From the human T2T-CHM13v2.0 reference genome, Homo sapiens: a stretch of 64,000 nucleotides of DNA. Where the stretch lies: the NCBI RefSeq assembly GCF_009914755.1, contig NC_060947.1. One strand, written 5' to 3'. The position numbers were made by a program, and so were the translations under genes. A model generated the notes under the pieces. The model did not search any database and was not told the origin of the DNA. It saw nothing but the letters and a program-made list of their open reading frames with translations. Of the stretch, positions 27,141 through 41,739 are shown piece after piece. Position 1 is the first letter of the stretch. The number at the start of each line of letters is the position of its first letter.

Positions 27141-28105
27141 CCAAAATGTAATGTTAAGTAATCATTACAGTTTTAGCATGTTAGCTGCTTTTCCTCCCCC
27201 CAGTCTTTTTTAGTTGAAATAACCAAGACACACAGAAAGAACTCAGCAATACACACACTGTAACTCAAGCCAAATTTCCCCTGGGTTACTAAATAAACAA
27301 TCATCAGAGTTATTGAGTCTCTCAGATGAATTCTGGTTCCCATGATGCTGCATCCTGTACCTCTGCTGTAGTTCTCTTATCTAGCAAGAGCTCATTGCTG
27401 CCCTTTCTGCCACAATGAATGTAAGGAAGATGACAAGCAACATTTATTTCCCTTATTTTTTAGTTTGTTTTATTCAAATAACTCACAAATCAGCTGATCT
27501 TTTAGGCAATGATAGTATTAATAAATCTTTTAGAAAAAAATCATCCTAAAATATGTACAATATATGAAAGGTTAACTGCATCTGGTCTTAAAAATGCAAA
27601 TTACTAGGATCTCCCCTGGAGTGCTACTATTTACAGAGGATTTTTTTTCCTCTCCCTCTAATATTTTCATGGTGATACTAACTAGAGGCTTTCAGAATAG
27701 GGGCTACTGTGGAATGCTGGAGAATTCCTTCCCCAGGATCCTCCGTGGCTGTATTACTCAATGATTCGATTCCCATGAGCTTCTCTTAGGGAAGCTAAGA
27801 GTAATTTTTTTTCACATGCACGCACACCCACATATAATGACTGCAGGCCTTAATCCAACTCCATATAATCAATTTGCAGAAAGACACAAAAGCTAAAAGA
27901 AGGGACAGGGCACTATGGAAAGTAGCAGCAATGCTGAAAGTGCTGTGATAGAAACAGCCCAAGTTGTGGTGCCACGGTGAGTGGAGTACAAGCTAACCAA
28001 CAGGCAGAGTGGGGACTCCATGATTGAAGGATACGATGAGTGCACCAGAATACAGTAATGCAGGCATTTCCTAGTGGAGTCCTTAGAGAAAGAATGTGTG
28101 CCAAG

Positions 28106-28292
28106 TACAGTGGCCAAATAAACTACAAGACACCCAGTTAAACCTGGTTTTGGATAAAGAACACATACTTTTGTAGTATAACTATATTCCAAATATTGCA
28201 AAGGATATATTTTACTAAAACATTGTTTGTTTTCTGAGATTCCAATTTAACTGGATGTCCTGTATTTTTATTTGCTTAATCTGGCAACCCTA
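28106..28292. mobile_element. MER53 palindromic MITE
   Basis: acacccagttaaa...tttaactggatgtcctgtatttttatttgcttaatctggcaacccta. Confidence 0.85.
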
Positions 28293-28559
28293 ATTCTAAG
28301 GAAAGAAAGCCTCAGCTCACTAATGGCAGGTAAATGTGAGAAGGGAGAGGAAATTCTGAATACAGGTCCAGTATTCTTTATTCCCCTAGCACAGAGGAAA
28401 CAAGACACAAATGACAAATTAACTCACTAAGAATAAGAGTCACACTAAATCTGGCAAACTCCCATGAAGTTCATAGAGTTCCACAGCTTAGAGGGCATTT
28501 CCCCCAATTTAGCAGGTGAAACCTGGAAGCTACAGTTGCAGGAGCCCAGTGTTCTAAGC

Positions 28560-28762
28560 CGGTGGTTCTCCACCAGGAGTGGTTTTAACAAGGTCTAGGG
28601 GATATCTGTCACAACTTTGGTGGGGGAATGCTGGTGGAATTGGCTTCAAGTGGAGAGGGGCCAGAGATGCTACTAAATATTCTACAGTGCGCAGGATAGT
28701 CCCCCACAGTGAGGAATAATTCAGCCTCAAATATCAATAGTACTTGGGGAGGAGAAACTCTA
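28560..28762 (+). mobile_element. MER20
   Basis: cggtggttctccacc...ggccagagatgctactaaatattctacagtgcgcagga...gagaaactcta. Confidence 0.85.
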
Positions 28763-29137
28763 CTCTCAGCTAAAAAGTAAGAAAAGCCTAAATGGGGAAA
28801 AGAGGAATGGCACTAGAAGTCATCACTGACAGCTGGCGTACCCCCAGCAGCTGCAGATAAAGAGAATCCAGCAGATTCCACACAGTACCTGGGCAGCCAA
28901 AATTCCCGTTCTCACGTAAGACCTCTCCTGGAGGCACCCTAATGAGTTTGGGGAATGTGCAGAGGGCTGATGAGTTGGTGTCCTGAGATGTTGACCTCTC
29001 AGCATTTTTCTTTCCATAGGGGGCCACCTTCCTTGTGCTCATACTGTCCTGGTTCACTTGGCAACCATCAAGCAATGCCCACCCACACCGTGGCTCTGGG
29101 GTGCAGACTTGATGCTGGTCTGGACTGTCATGGACCC

Positions 29138-29589
29138 TGTGGCAGATGTCCTTGGGGCTCAGCTCATATCCCCTCCAAGTCCCCAGTGTTATGCTTAGTG
29201 GCTCTAACAGGCTCTTACTCCAAACGGCCAGCCTTGTGTCTCCTGGTTAGAGAACTACCCACAGACTTCCAGAATCTCTTTTGCCTGCACATGTGAAGAA
29301 CCAGGAGTGCCCAGAAATTTATATCCCCTCCCCACAGTGTTGGTGGGGTAATCCCGATGGGGAACACAGCACTGAGTGGGGTCTACACTGTCCCCAGTAC
29401 TTCTCTGTGGAGTTGCACTTAAGTTATCCTCTGGGGGGTGAATTTTATGAGACCTTGAACTCTGTGGAGCCTCCCTCTCTTCTTCATCCCACTTCCTCTA
29501 CCATTTTTTCCCAAGAATATTTCCTGACCAATCCTTTTCCTGTTAATCCTACTCTCAGAGACTGCACCAGAGGAACACAGTCGAAGGCA
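29138..29589 (+). mobile_element. LTR16-family (ERVL) solo LTR
   Basis: tgtggcagatgtccttggggctcagctcatatcccct...aatcctactctcagagactgcaccagaggaacacagtcgaaggca. Confidence 0.65.
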
Positions 29590-29744
29590 GAACTCTTCGT
29601 GCTGCCCTCAGCAGATATGAGGGATAGACATATGACCCAAAATGGGCTGCAGCAGATATTGACCACTGCCTTACCAACAACCATCTGTACACACACCCTC
29701 TCCTGCCATGCACACAGAACTTGCAATGTGTTCAAGAGGCAGGA

Positions 29745-30228
29745 ACCTTTGGTTTCAGGAAAAGCTGTCCCTTCACTTAGCCTCAGATGCCGAGCCATGA
29801 TTGTTGTAAACCACTCATGTTAACTCCGTCGCTTCTTGCCAATAATTGGTCTTGGAGTGGACACGTGCCCCACTTCTGGCCAATGGGATATAAAGAGAAG
29901 TCCACTGGGGGTTTTAGAGTAGAGATCTTCTATCCCCCAAAATAAGAGTGTTGTCAGAGGAATGACCTCTTTTCTATCCTTTCTTCCTCCTTATGATGCT
30001 GAGGTGAAGAAGTGATGCTTGGAGCTGCAATCATGAGCATGAACTCAAGAGGGTTACAAGACACTGCTCAGCTCCTGCTATCACTGAGTCACTGACTCAA
30101 CCCAAGAGCCCCTTACCTCCAAACTTCTAGCTCTGTGAGATAATCAAATGTTTTTTTTTTTTCTTTTCTTTTCACTTAAGCCACTGCTGATTACTCTTCT
30201 GCTTACCAATGAAAATATCCTGAGATGA
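29745..30228 (+). mobile_element. Old MLT1 (K-like) LTR
   Basis: ttctggccaatgggatataaagagaagtccactgggg...tgtgagataatcaaatg...ttaagccactg. Confidence 0.7.
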
Positions 30229-30773
30229 AAGGCAATCATAGCCCTCCCATGAAACTGGTTAATAAATTGGATGTTGTAATAGAAATGGTCTCACTTCCTT
30301 TGGGATCATGAGCTGTAGGGATGGATGTCTCTGTTGGATTGTGATTATCTTTTATGACTATAGGGAGAAAGACATATTTAGTGGAAGAAGTTAAAGCCAG
30401 CAGGGAGGGAAACAGAGCTGAGAGACTGCTCTTATACTAATGTTAATTCTTATAGTGACACCGTCTTCAACTCTCTTATCTGTAAAGTGGGAATAATAAT
30501 TCCTATTATGCAGGGCTGCTATGAGAATAATTTGAAATAACATTTCAAATTGTAAAGTGCCTGGTTCCACTTCTCTTAAATTTAAAAACCTAGAGAATAA
30601 GGTATTCCAGGCTTATCTGCAAAGAAGCTTAATGTTTTGTTATTTAATAGTATTTGGGTTGTATCCTAAAAGTCAGTGTGCCCGAGCTTGAAAACTGGCT
30701 TCCCTTGAAAAGACTTTGGCATCTGATGCAGCTTTGCCCTGGTATGTGCAGCAGCTGTGCTCAGAGATGTCCA

Positions 30774-31145
30774 AAAAAGAGAGGAGGGCAGGGGAGGGGA
30801 AAGGGGAAAGAAAGGAGAGAGAGAGGAGAATTTTAGAGAAGATTAAGTAGGAGGAGGAGGAGGAAGAAGAGGAAGGAGAATCGAAGGAGGAGGAAGAAGA
30901 AAAAGAGAAGGAAGATGATAATGAAGAGGAAGAAAAAGAAGAAAGAGGAAGAGGAGGACAAGGAGGAAGATGAAGAGGAAGAAAAATGAGAGCAGAGGAG
31001 AAGGAGGAAGAGAAAAAAGGAAGAAGGAGGCAGAGGAGGAGGAGGAAGAAGAGAAGGAAAAAGAGGAAAAAGAGGAGAAAGGAGAAGAAGAAAAGGAAAA
31101 GAAAGAAGAGGAAGAAAAGAAAAGAGAAAAAGAAAATAAATAAAA
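30774..31145 (+). repeat. GA-rich low-complexity polypurine tract
   Basis: (GAG/GAA)n mosaic with very few pyrimidines on the + strand. Confidence 0.95.
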
Positions 31146-31349
31146 CAAATTGGATACATAATTGGGATTCTAAAAAGCTTAATGGCTGTATCATTCATTA
31201 AGTATCTGTTGAGCCCCACTCCATTAAAAAATTAAAAAGCTAAAATTTACTGGCTGCTTCTTGTCATATAAATCATGTTTAGCATTTAGTTTGCAATATT
31301 ACATTTAACACTCAGAAATAAAAAAGAAAAACTATTAAATAGGGGCTTT

Positions 31350-31485
31350 ATTTTTCTAACTTTACATTTGAGAAAACAGAAGCTCAAAAAGTTACATAAA
31401 TTGCCCCAAGTCACACAGTTAAGTGGGTGAGCAGGGATTCAGACCAGGTGTGCCTAAGTCCTTAGCCCCATTCTTAGCCACTCTT
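31350..31485 (-). mobile_element. MIR
   Basis: tttgagaaaacagaagctcaaaaagttacataaattgccccaagtcacacagttaagtgg. Confidence 0.75.
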
Positions 31486-33164
31486 GTGCTCAATGCCACT
31501 GAAGACATTCACTGAGAATGGAAAACAAACAAACAACAACAACAAAAAAAAAACATATCACTCAGGTGTCATGAGCTAGCCAGTGTAATTACCCAATTAT
31601 GTATATATGAGATCCTTAACATTAAGTAAAAGAAAACAAAATGAGATGTAACATTCCCCTGTCTGGAAGTTCACAGCCAATAGTGGAGACAAAGTGTAAA
31701 TACGTAGTTCTAATGCATGACCACTGTTCTAATGAACTCACTTGAAAGCCACTGCAAGTTTCATACAGAAAATGTTTTTAATGCCTAGTCTTCCAGGATG
31801 AATGAGGATTTATCACGGAAAGAGTATTAGAAGAGAAGAGGGAGGGAGAAGTAAGCTTCCAAAAAAGGTATGCAAGGCACAAGGTGTTTTCAGAGAGGTG
31901 ATCAGCTGAATGCATTGGAAGTAAAATTGTAGGAAATGCCATTTAACTTCCAAAAATATTCTGAGCTTACATAATGTTGGTCTCCCTTCTCAGCTCCCAA
32001 GTTTTTAGTCATGCAATAAACATTATTTTTAAAGTTCTCATCTACTTTTGTCTCTCTTCCACACACATAAGCAAAATAAACTTTGAAACTGTTCAGCAAT
32101 TTATAATAGTTTCATGTGATTTTTTGAATCAGCTCTAATAAATGCTAAATGAAAATATAATTTTATATGCCATACCCATTCACACATGCACTGCTCATTT
32201 TCCCTGTGATGACTTGGGGCAGGATTGGGGTGGGTAGGATCAGTGAGCCCAGTTGCTACATCTCTTCAATTTGCAGGTTCGTGAGGAAGGGATTTTTTCC
32301 ACAAGAATTTAGCTAGCTGGTGAGAGAAGGAAAACATCGAACATTGCTTCCTGACCCCTGGGGGCCTATGGGTGGGTGCCTTACTGCCTTTTCTCTCCAA
32401 CTCATTCATACCAATTGAAGAGCTGGTCCCCGATTCTTTCTTTTATATGTAGAAGCAGTTTTACAGAGCAGATATTTTATTTGATAGCATAAGAAACAGA
32501 AGCTGATTTTGATCTCAGTATATAGAAATCACCGGTAGGCATATGATTAAGTCTGCACAGGGGATGAGAGCAAGAGAAGCCTGTGAGAAAAGAAATGTGA
32601 GCTCAACACACACAAGCCACCTCCTAATAAGGAAAAATGATGTTTTGACCATACTCTTGCAAGAAAACTCTGGGTTATAGTGACCTGAAAATAAACTTGC
32701 CCAGATGTCATGCTAGGTGAGGTAGAAAACCCCAAACAATCATTGGGTTACCATGGGTGAATCCTAAATCAGATGTTAAGTAAGTTCAAGAGCCAAGAGA
32801 AAATAATTTTTTAGGAGAATTAAAATTTATTTTCTGCATATGTAGAAACTTTAGCTCTCTACATATTCATTTGTTCATTAAGTCACTCACTTTTTCATTC
32901 GATGGATAATCTCTGAGTGCTTATGATAAAGCAAGCATTGTTCTTGTAATAAGGTAATCTGCCAGTGAATGAGCCAGGTTGAGGGGAAAACAGAATGAAA
33001 ACATAAATCAATTATAAAAAATAATAAATCAGTTATAATGTTACATGGTGAGAAATGCCTTCCTCCTTTCCCTCCTTCCTTTCCTGAACAATTCAATCCA
33101 AGACCCATGACATCAGGCCTTGCAGGACAGGTATCTGCATCAGGTGGGGCAGGAGTGGTGACTC

Positions 33165-34935
33165 AGCACAGTGTATCAAGTATCATGAGGAGGGCATTCA
33201 CTCAGGGTGGTCTGTTGCTGGGGATCAAGCCCAAGTGGCATGAAGAGGGCATCCACACAGGGGAATGATGATGCTGGCCTGGCATGGGATGTTGAAGCCT
33301 GAATCAGGTGAATAAGGTGCCCATGTGCCACGTTGGCAGAAGTGGTACTGGCAGTGGCTTGGTATGGGATTTTGGAGCCTGAGGCAGTGAGAGGAAGCAC
33401 AGGGTGGGGTGTCAGAGCCCAAGAAAGGTGAGCAAAGCATCCGTGTAGGGATGTGGAGGCTGGTGGTGGCAATGGGAGATTGGGTACATATGGGGGTAAT
33501 TGATCAATTATGGTTATATGGAGGGTGGGAGGACCACATTTCTCACTGTTAGAGAAGTAGAAAAGGAAAATGAGAAATGTTCATGTGGTACTAGATTGGA
33601 ATTAGAAGCATTGGTGTGAAGTCATGATTTTTCAATACATAGAGATAGATACAGAAGTAAATACATATGTAGATGTATGTACATATATGCATATGTGTAA
33701 ATAGATAAATACATAGATTGCCCTGGATCTCTCCACTGAGAAGGTCTAAGAGTTGTGACATTCAACAGTAATGAGTATACTCTGTGTACAGATCTTGGTT
33801 TCTAAATACCATTTTACACTAAACAGAGCCAGGTTTCTTTGGGGAAGTGGCTTGAGAGCTGGAGCAAGAAAGGTACGAGGTGAGGCTACAGCATTTTGTT
33901 GGGCCAGAAATCAAGGAAGTATTCAAAGAATGATGGGGACATATTGAAAGAACACAGTAAGCATCTTGAAGGGGCTCCCACTTCAGGGCTTCAGATTCAG
34001 CAAATAAAAATAGAAGATGCCCAGTTAAACTTGAATTTCAGTTAAACAACTAATAATTTAAGTATGTCCATGCAATATTAAGCATGTATATGCAAGATTT
34101 TAGACATATTTTACTAAAACAATTATTAATTGTTTATCTGAGATGCAAATTTAGCTGGGTGTTCTATATCTTATCAGGCAACCTTATCCCACTGCTAAAT
34201 GTGGGACCCTTTGAGCATCAAAATAAATGAAAGTAAAGGATTCTAACCCACTGAATAGAATAGGAATCCATGAGTCCATGGTGATATAAATGAACAAATA
34301 GGAAGAGATGAATTGTTTTCCCTGTAATGGAATGCCAAATAATAATTATAGGAGTGATGGAAATAGAAAATTATCAAATGTCAACTAACACAGTAATAAT
34401 TAATTTAGCCAAGAAACACCACTAAAACTAGTGAGTGAAAGTTTGATGACGAATGGGATATTTATACCTCTTCAAATGTGATATTCATATCAAAAACATA
34501 TAACTTGAAGTTAATTATAAGGAATCATCAGACAAATACAATTTTACATTCTACAAAGCAGCTCTCCAATACTCTTCAAAAAATGCCAAAGTCATGCAAG
34601 TCAAAAAATACTGAAGAACTGTTCCAAATATAAAGAGAGTAAAGAGATATGACAACCAAGTACAACTTATGATCCTGGACTAGATCTTTTTGATACAAAG
34701 GAGATTACTTAGACAATTAGTTAAACTTGTTAGAGCATAGGGACTAAATGGCTATCAGGAACCATGCTCATTTACTGATTTTGATGGTAGTATTTTGGTT
34801 ATTTTTTGTAGGAATTACACAATAAATTATTAGGAGGGATAGGGCATCAGGTTGGAAACTTACTCTCAAATGATTTAGAGAAAAAGTTCCTTATACCATT
34901 ACTTCGACCTTTTTGTAAGTTTAAATTTATTTAAA
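33165..34935 (+). mobile_element. L1MC3/4-type long 3' UTR, interrupted by MER53
   Basis: catgtggtactagattggaattagaagcattggtgtgaa...cttgaaggggctcccact...ggcatcaggttggaaacttactctcaaatg. Confidence 0.8.
33984..34186. mobile_element. MER53 with 8-bp TSD
   Basis: Palindromic MITE; TSD tcccactt (33976-33983) / tcccactg (34187-34194). Confidence 0.88.
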
Positions 34936-35041
34936 GTATCTTTAATCACCACCATTAAAAACGATATAAAATGAAACAAAGCTCTATTTCATTTTTAAAT
35001 AGTAAAGCAGCTTGTCACAAAGACCTATCAACAGTCTATAC

Positions 35042-35401
35042 CAAGGGTACCCAACTCCTGGGCTGCAGACCAGTACCAGTCCATGGCCTGGTACTGGTAT
35101 GGTTAGGAACCGGGCCACACAGCAGGAGGTAAGCAGCAGACCAGCGAGCATTACCACCTGAGCTCCACCTCCTGTCAGATCAGCGGCTGCATGATATTCT
35201 CAAAGGAGTGTGAACCCTATTGTTAACTGTGTATGCAAGTGATCTAGGTTGCATACTCCTTATAAGAATCTAACTAGTGCCTGATGATCTGAGGTGGAAC
35301 AACACTTCCATCCTGAAACCATCCCCCCCACAACCCTGGTCTGTAGGAAAATTGTCTTCCACAAAACAGGTTCCTGGTGCCAAAAAGGTTGGGGACCGCT
35401 G
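35042..35401 (+). mobile_element. MER1B (hAT-Charlie), full length
   Basis: caagggtacccaac...aaaaaggttggggaccgctg; TSD gtctatac/gtctacac. Confidence 0.93.
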
Positions 35402-35928
35402 GTCTACACCTTCTATACCTCTCTGTCCAGCTCAACTCAACGTTAAGCATTTTATCAGATGTAACGTGTAAGACATAATTCTTGTGTGCAATGATTTTAT
35501 AATAATCTATAGAGGATCTAGGTCTTATGTAGAGTAAGACATAACTGTTAAATCCAGATAGTTTATGAGAAGTTCCTAATGAATCATACATGCAAAACTG
35601 GGTAAAGTATTTGAGCCAGTGTTTGCTCTCAGCCCACCCAGGGAAGATGAGTTTCTGTAAAAAGCATAGAAAAATAAAGAGAAAGAATTTAGAACTAGAC
35701 AAGGAAGATCTTCAGATGCTCAAACAACAGCAATGAACCAAGGGCTTCAGAGAAGAGAAGCTCTGAATAGCTGCTGAGGCCCAATTAGGAGATGGCTGAG
35801 TCAATTCAGGTGTATGACAACAAAAGCACTAACCAAGGTGAACAATAGCAGAAGGAAAAGAAGGTAAGGAAAGAACGCTATTGGAATTTTAAATGCAAAA
35901 GAAACAATCTGTCTTCTTCAGCTTAGAG

Positions 35929-36148
35929 CACAGGTTGGCAAATGCTTTCTGCAAAAAGCCAGATATGAAATATTTTCAGCTTTTAGGCCAGTTTCTGTAG
36001 CAACAACTCAACTCTGCCACTGTAGTGCAAGAGCAGGCATAAACCATACTTAAACAAATAGGTATGGCTTTGCACCAATAAAACTTTATTTACAATAACA
36101 GGCATGTGGATCAAATTTGGCTCACAGGTCATAATTTGCCAACCCCTG
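35929..36148 (+). mobile_element. MER58A
   Basis: cacaggttggcaaa...caactcaactctgccactgtagtgc...ccaataaaactttatttaca...tttgccaacccctg. Confidence 0.9.
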
Positions 36149-36554
36149 GTTTAGGGAAGTCCAAGATATGAATAACTGTATGGTTTTGACTTAGGGTGAC
36201 TTGAAGAATGATCACACCACTGAAATGAGTAGAAAAGCCAGGAGGAGGAGGTATTCAACATAACAGCATCAGTTTCATTTACCCATGCTGTGCTTGAACA
36301 CTAAAAGGAGAGGGCTAGCAGAGCCAAGGGATTGGTGACTTGACCATAGAGAAAAGAAGGCCATAGAGACAGGTAGCAGGATGCATTCTGTGAAGGTGTT
36401 GGAAATGTAAGGTAAAAGGTAATCAGGAAGCATGTGAGAACCATGAGAATGTGAGGACCAGACAGGTAGGAATTCGAAACCAGGCACCAGACAGGCATCA
36501 GAAGGGCACTGAAGGTGAAATGGAAACAAGGTAGTGAGTTAAACCAGAAATACG

Positions 36555-37124
36555 GGTGGCAGACATATCCTAAGATGACCCCCCTCCAGTGAATCACACC
36601 CTTATACAATCCCTTCCCCTTGAGTGTGGGCAGAACCTGTGACTTACTTTGTACCAACCGAATACAGCAAAAGTGATACGATTCCATTCCCATAATTATA
36701 TTCCATTATATAAGACTCCATCTTAGCAAGCTGGGCTAAGAGACTCTCCCTTGCTGACTTTGAGGAAGTGAGTTGCCATGTTGAGAGGTCTGGAAAAGGG
36801 ACAGGAGGCAAGGAATGAGGGTGGACTCCAAAAGCTGAGCGTAGCCCCCAGCCAACAGTCAGCAAGAAAATAGGGACCTTGATCTTACAACCACAAAGAA
36901 ATGAATTCTGCTAACAATCACATGAGTTGGAAGTTGAACTGAAGCCCCAGAGAGAAATGCAGCTCAGCTGACACATTGATTGCAGCCTTGTGGGACCCCT
37001 GAGCAGACGACCCAGTTAAGCTGTGCTTGGACTCCTGACCTATGGAAACTGTGAGATAATAAAGGTGTATGGTAAGCCTCTAAGTTTGTGGTAATTTGTT
37101 ATGCAGCAATAGAAAACTAATACT
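36555..37124 (+). mobile_element. MLT1E/F-type solo LTR
   Basis: atcccttccccttgagtgtgggcagaacctgtgac...gtttgtggtaatttgttatgcagcaatagaaaactaata. Confidence 0.9.
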
Positions 37125-37719
37125 ATTAGGAAAATGGTGTCCCAGATGGTGCTGTGATTTCAAACTGCAATTCGTTTCCAGGTCTCCTTCTATTTGCCAG
37201 TTTATGGCTATTCACAGTTTTTGGAAATCCCAAGCCTAGAAATGCCTCAATTATTACCAGCTTTATACATTTTCTTGTCACTTTTCAAATAATGGGTGGG
37301 AGGTAGGAGGAAACCATGCTAGAATTATTTTACTTAAACACGAATTTGACTTCACTTTGGACAATAAGACCCAATCATAGTATATCAACATTGAAACATC
37401 AGATAAAAACTTAACCATTTTTCAAAAAGAATATTTAATGTTGGAATTGTAATGCCAAATGTGAATGGTGAAGGGTGAGAATGAAGCAGTCAAGAGGTTG
37501 GAATTGAAATGGGCATCACATAATTATTTGCCTATTCTTGCCTCTTCTGAGGAATGTCAACAGTGTAAAAGCAAGCCAGAACAGGCTTTGGGGGAATTCA
37601 AATTTGTCTCTAGACTTGGAAAACAGAATGCAATTTGCAGTGTATCATTTTAATGACCCTTGTTATTTAACAGTGCAATAATAAACAGAACAAATCAAAA
37701 ATTCTTTAATATATGGTTT

Positions 37720-38865
<1,146 letters not shown>

Positions 38866-39249
38866 AATATATGGTTTTAAATAATTAGAAACCAAACATT
38901 CTATATCAGAATGCAAATTTCTATACTAGAAAAGAATGGCTTAAAAAGAAAACCCTAGTGAGCCATTCAAAGAGCACTGCTATCTACTGACCAAGTCCTA
39001 TACGTGCTGAGCATTTAATGAACAGCTAAACAAACAGAGGTACTCAAAAGACCAACTTGATAAACCTGATAGGGGAAAGTTATACACGATTCTCATAAGA
39101 GTCACGAATAATATAGTTAATATAGTTGTGGAAAAAGGAATATTTATATATACTAACATGGACAATGTTGAAGGTAATGAAATGTGCTTGTATACTATAG
39201 TCCTATTTATGTTAAGAGAGAAAGAGGAGAGAGAAAGAATGAACTAGAT

Positions 39250-39670
39250 GATTAGGTCGCTATCCACCAAAATTTGTTCTTCATTTCTTGTATACAATAG
39301 AATTGTAGCTTGGCATATGGCCTCCCAGCTACACTTCAATTCTCGGCCCCATTAACAGTTAGGGATAGCCATGTAAGTAAGCTTTTTCCCAGCCTTGTCT
39401 CTTAAGTCAAGGTGCACGTCTTCTTCATACTCAGTTTCACTCCTTACCACTAGACAAAATGGTGACCACCAGAGTGACCTGAGGGACTATGTTGAAGATG
39501 GCAAAGCCAGTGTCATCTTGGGTCCCCAGCTGACTGCCTGGAGCACAGCTTCCTATCAACCTGGACTATACATGTTGGGCCACGATGCAGAGAAAAAACA
39601 AATCTCATTTTTTTTAAGCCACTGAATCACGGAGGCCTTTTATAGCAGCTTAAGCAATCCTAACTTATAT
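39250..39670 (+). mobile_element. MLT1J-like LTR
   Basis: atgttgaagatggcaaagccagtgtcatcttgggtcccc...tttaagccactgaa...tatagcagctta. Confidence 0.7.
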
Positions 39671-40341
39671 GCACATTATAATATAAAAAGTATATCATAC
39701 TATGTATGTGTCTGTATATGCACTGAAAATGTTTGCAAAAACACTCAACAAACTGTTACAAGTGGTTATTTCTGGAGAATCAACAAACATGGCAATGAGG
39801 GGCAGTAATTATTGAATAGATTCAAAGAGTGATGCACATGAATTCTCTGGTCCAGAGCCCATCCCAAAAGCTCAGACTGCATCATGGGAACTAGGCTTAG
39901 CCAGCTGAATGCTCCTGACCAGCACTTTAAATGCGTGGAGAGTGACGCAGAGCAATAGGACAATGAGATGGCACAATTCATGGTGGCCAAAATAGCATTG
40001 AGAAGCCAGCAGGAGTGGTGGTAGGTGTCCATTGACACTTCCTTACCTTACTATTCATTGGTGTGACTGTGTTTGTGTTACCAACTGCCAGTGGTTTGGG
40101 GTATGGACAATAGGGTCGGATTCCTGAGGGTATCTGGGCCCCAGACAAGTAAGCAGAGGATTCAGCTGTGGAGTCCAGATGTAAGAGCAAAAAGAGTTGC
40201 TCAACAGAGAAATAGAACAAAGACGCACGTAAATATAGTAAGACCTGGGCTCTACATTCAAGCATCAAAATATTTCGTAAAAATTCCTATCAAACTGACA
40301 GAAAAAGGTTATGTAAGATTTCCCATACAAAACAGAATGCC

Positions 40342-40505
40342 TTTTTTTTTTTTTTTTTTGAGATGGGTCTTGCTCTGTCACCCAGGCTGGAGTATAATAG
40401 CAGGATCATAGCTCACTGCAGCCTCAAATTCCTGGGCTCAAGTGATCTTCCCACCTCAGCCTCCCAAGTAGCTGGCACTACAGTCACATGCCACCATGCC
40501 CAGCT
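40342..40505 (-). mobile_element. Alu right monomer (FRAM/AluJ)
   Basis: T18 tail plus a single Alu arm. Confidence 0.9.
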
Positions 40506-40523
40506 CCATTTCTGAAATGAAAA

Positions 40524-40746
40524 CTGGGCTCCTCAACACAGCAGTATGGATGTTTGGGACCATTTCTGTTACAGGGATGGTGGCATCCTGTGCATTAGAT
40601 AATATTTATCAGTGTCCCTGGTATCTACCCACTAGACACAAGTAACATGCCTCCCTCCTCCACTGTGACAACAAACACATCTCCAGCATAGCCAGATGTC
40701 CTCTGAAGGACAAATCCTCCCCTCCAACCCAGGTTGAGAACCACTG
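40524..40746 (-). mobile_element. MER20
   Basis: gtgtccctggtatctacccactagac...caggttgagaaccactg. Confidence 0.85.
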
Positions 40747-41739
40747 CATTAAATGAACAAATAAAAATCAGTGTATTCCTTCTAATATGTTTTCTTTTAA
40801 AATCCACACAAAATGGTCAGATCCTTTGGGACGTAACTGAGCATTGGCTCAGTTGGTAAACATGCCTGGACATGCTATAAAAACTTGTGGTCAACACAAC
40901 ATGGAGCCTTACATTAATTAAGAGAGATTACAGAAGCAAGATTCAGAAGGTCATGGCAAATGGACCTAATAAATAAGACTGTATTTGAAAAGGATAAATG
41001 TAAGTTTATTCACTTGAATCCAAATCAACAACAGCAAATTATAGGATAAAAGAGTAGAGATTTGGTTCCTGAAAAGAAGTTCTGCAAGAGCAGATGCTTT
41101 CAGAGTCATTTCACACATACTCCTAGTGGTCAGCTAGGTTGACTGGAAGTAAGTTCACCTCTGAGAGGTGGTCACCAGGCTTTGAGGAACCTGAAAGGAA
41201 GTCTGGAACCCTCATAGTCTAAGGTGCTGAAGGTCACAGGTCCTGCTCTGATTACAGAGAGATTTTTGTAAACAACTCACCCTTTGTGTACTTATCTGGG
41301 GAGTTTTGCAGAAAAGCCAGGGTAGATCAAAGGCTCATTCTACCATCTATTTTTATTTTCATGATTACCTTTGCATATCTAAATAAATGACTCTAGATGG
41401 TTGGAAGTTAAGGAGCCAGTCACTTTTGTTTGAAGAAGTACAAAAAGAAAAACATTTACAGATAAGAGATTTAAGAATAAGAATTTTATAACTAGCTTAA
41501 CATATTTAGGAAATATTGGAACAAAAATAATCATATCAGTAATAGAGAACCTCAGGCAGTCTCAGGACCTATATTTGCATTTGTCTGTACAATAATGTTT
41601 GAGCCAAGTAAAGACCCAATGACATCATAGCGCACTATATGAATGAACATCTCAAGTAAGGAGAATAGAGGCAGAAAATTCAGTTATCATGTTAACACAA
41701 GGTAGCCCTTAAAGAAGTCTGTCTTTTAGTAGTTGGTGG

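Noticed and set aside
29281-29823. 180-aa ORF
   Set aside because: Runs across LTR16/MLT1 remnants, starts at TTG, and has no recognisable domain.
30673-31219. Ser/Phe/Leu-rich and Lys/Arg-rich ORFs
   Set aside because: Artefacts of the GA low-complexity tract.
39780-40330. Unassigned sequence with short overlapping ORFs
   Set aside because: No recognisable protein, splice structure or repeat family; probably a decayed ancient repeat.
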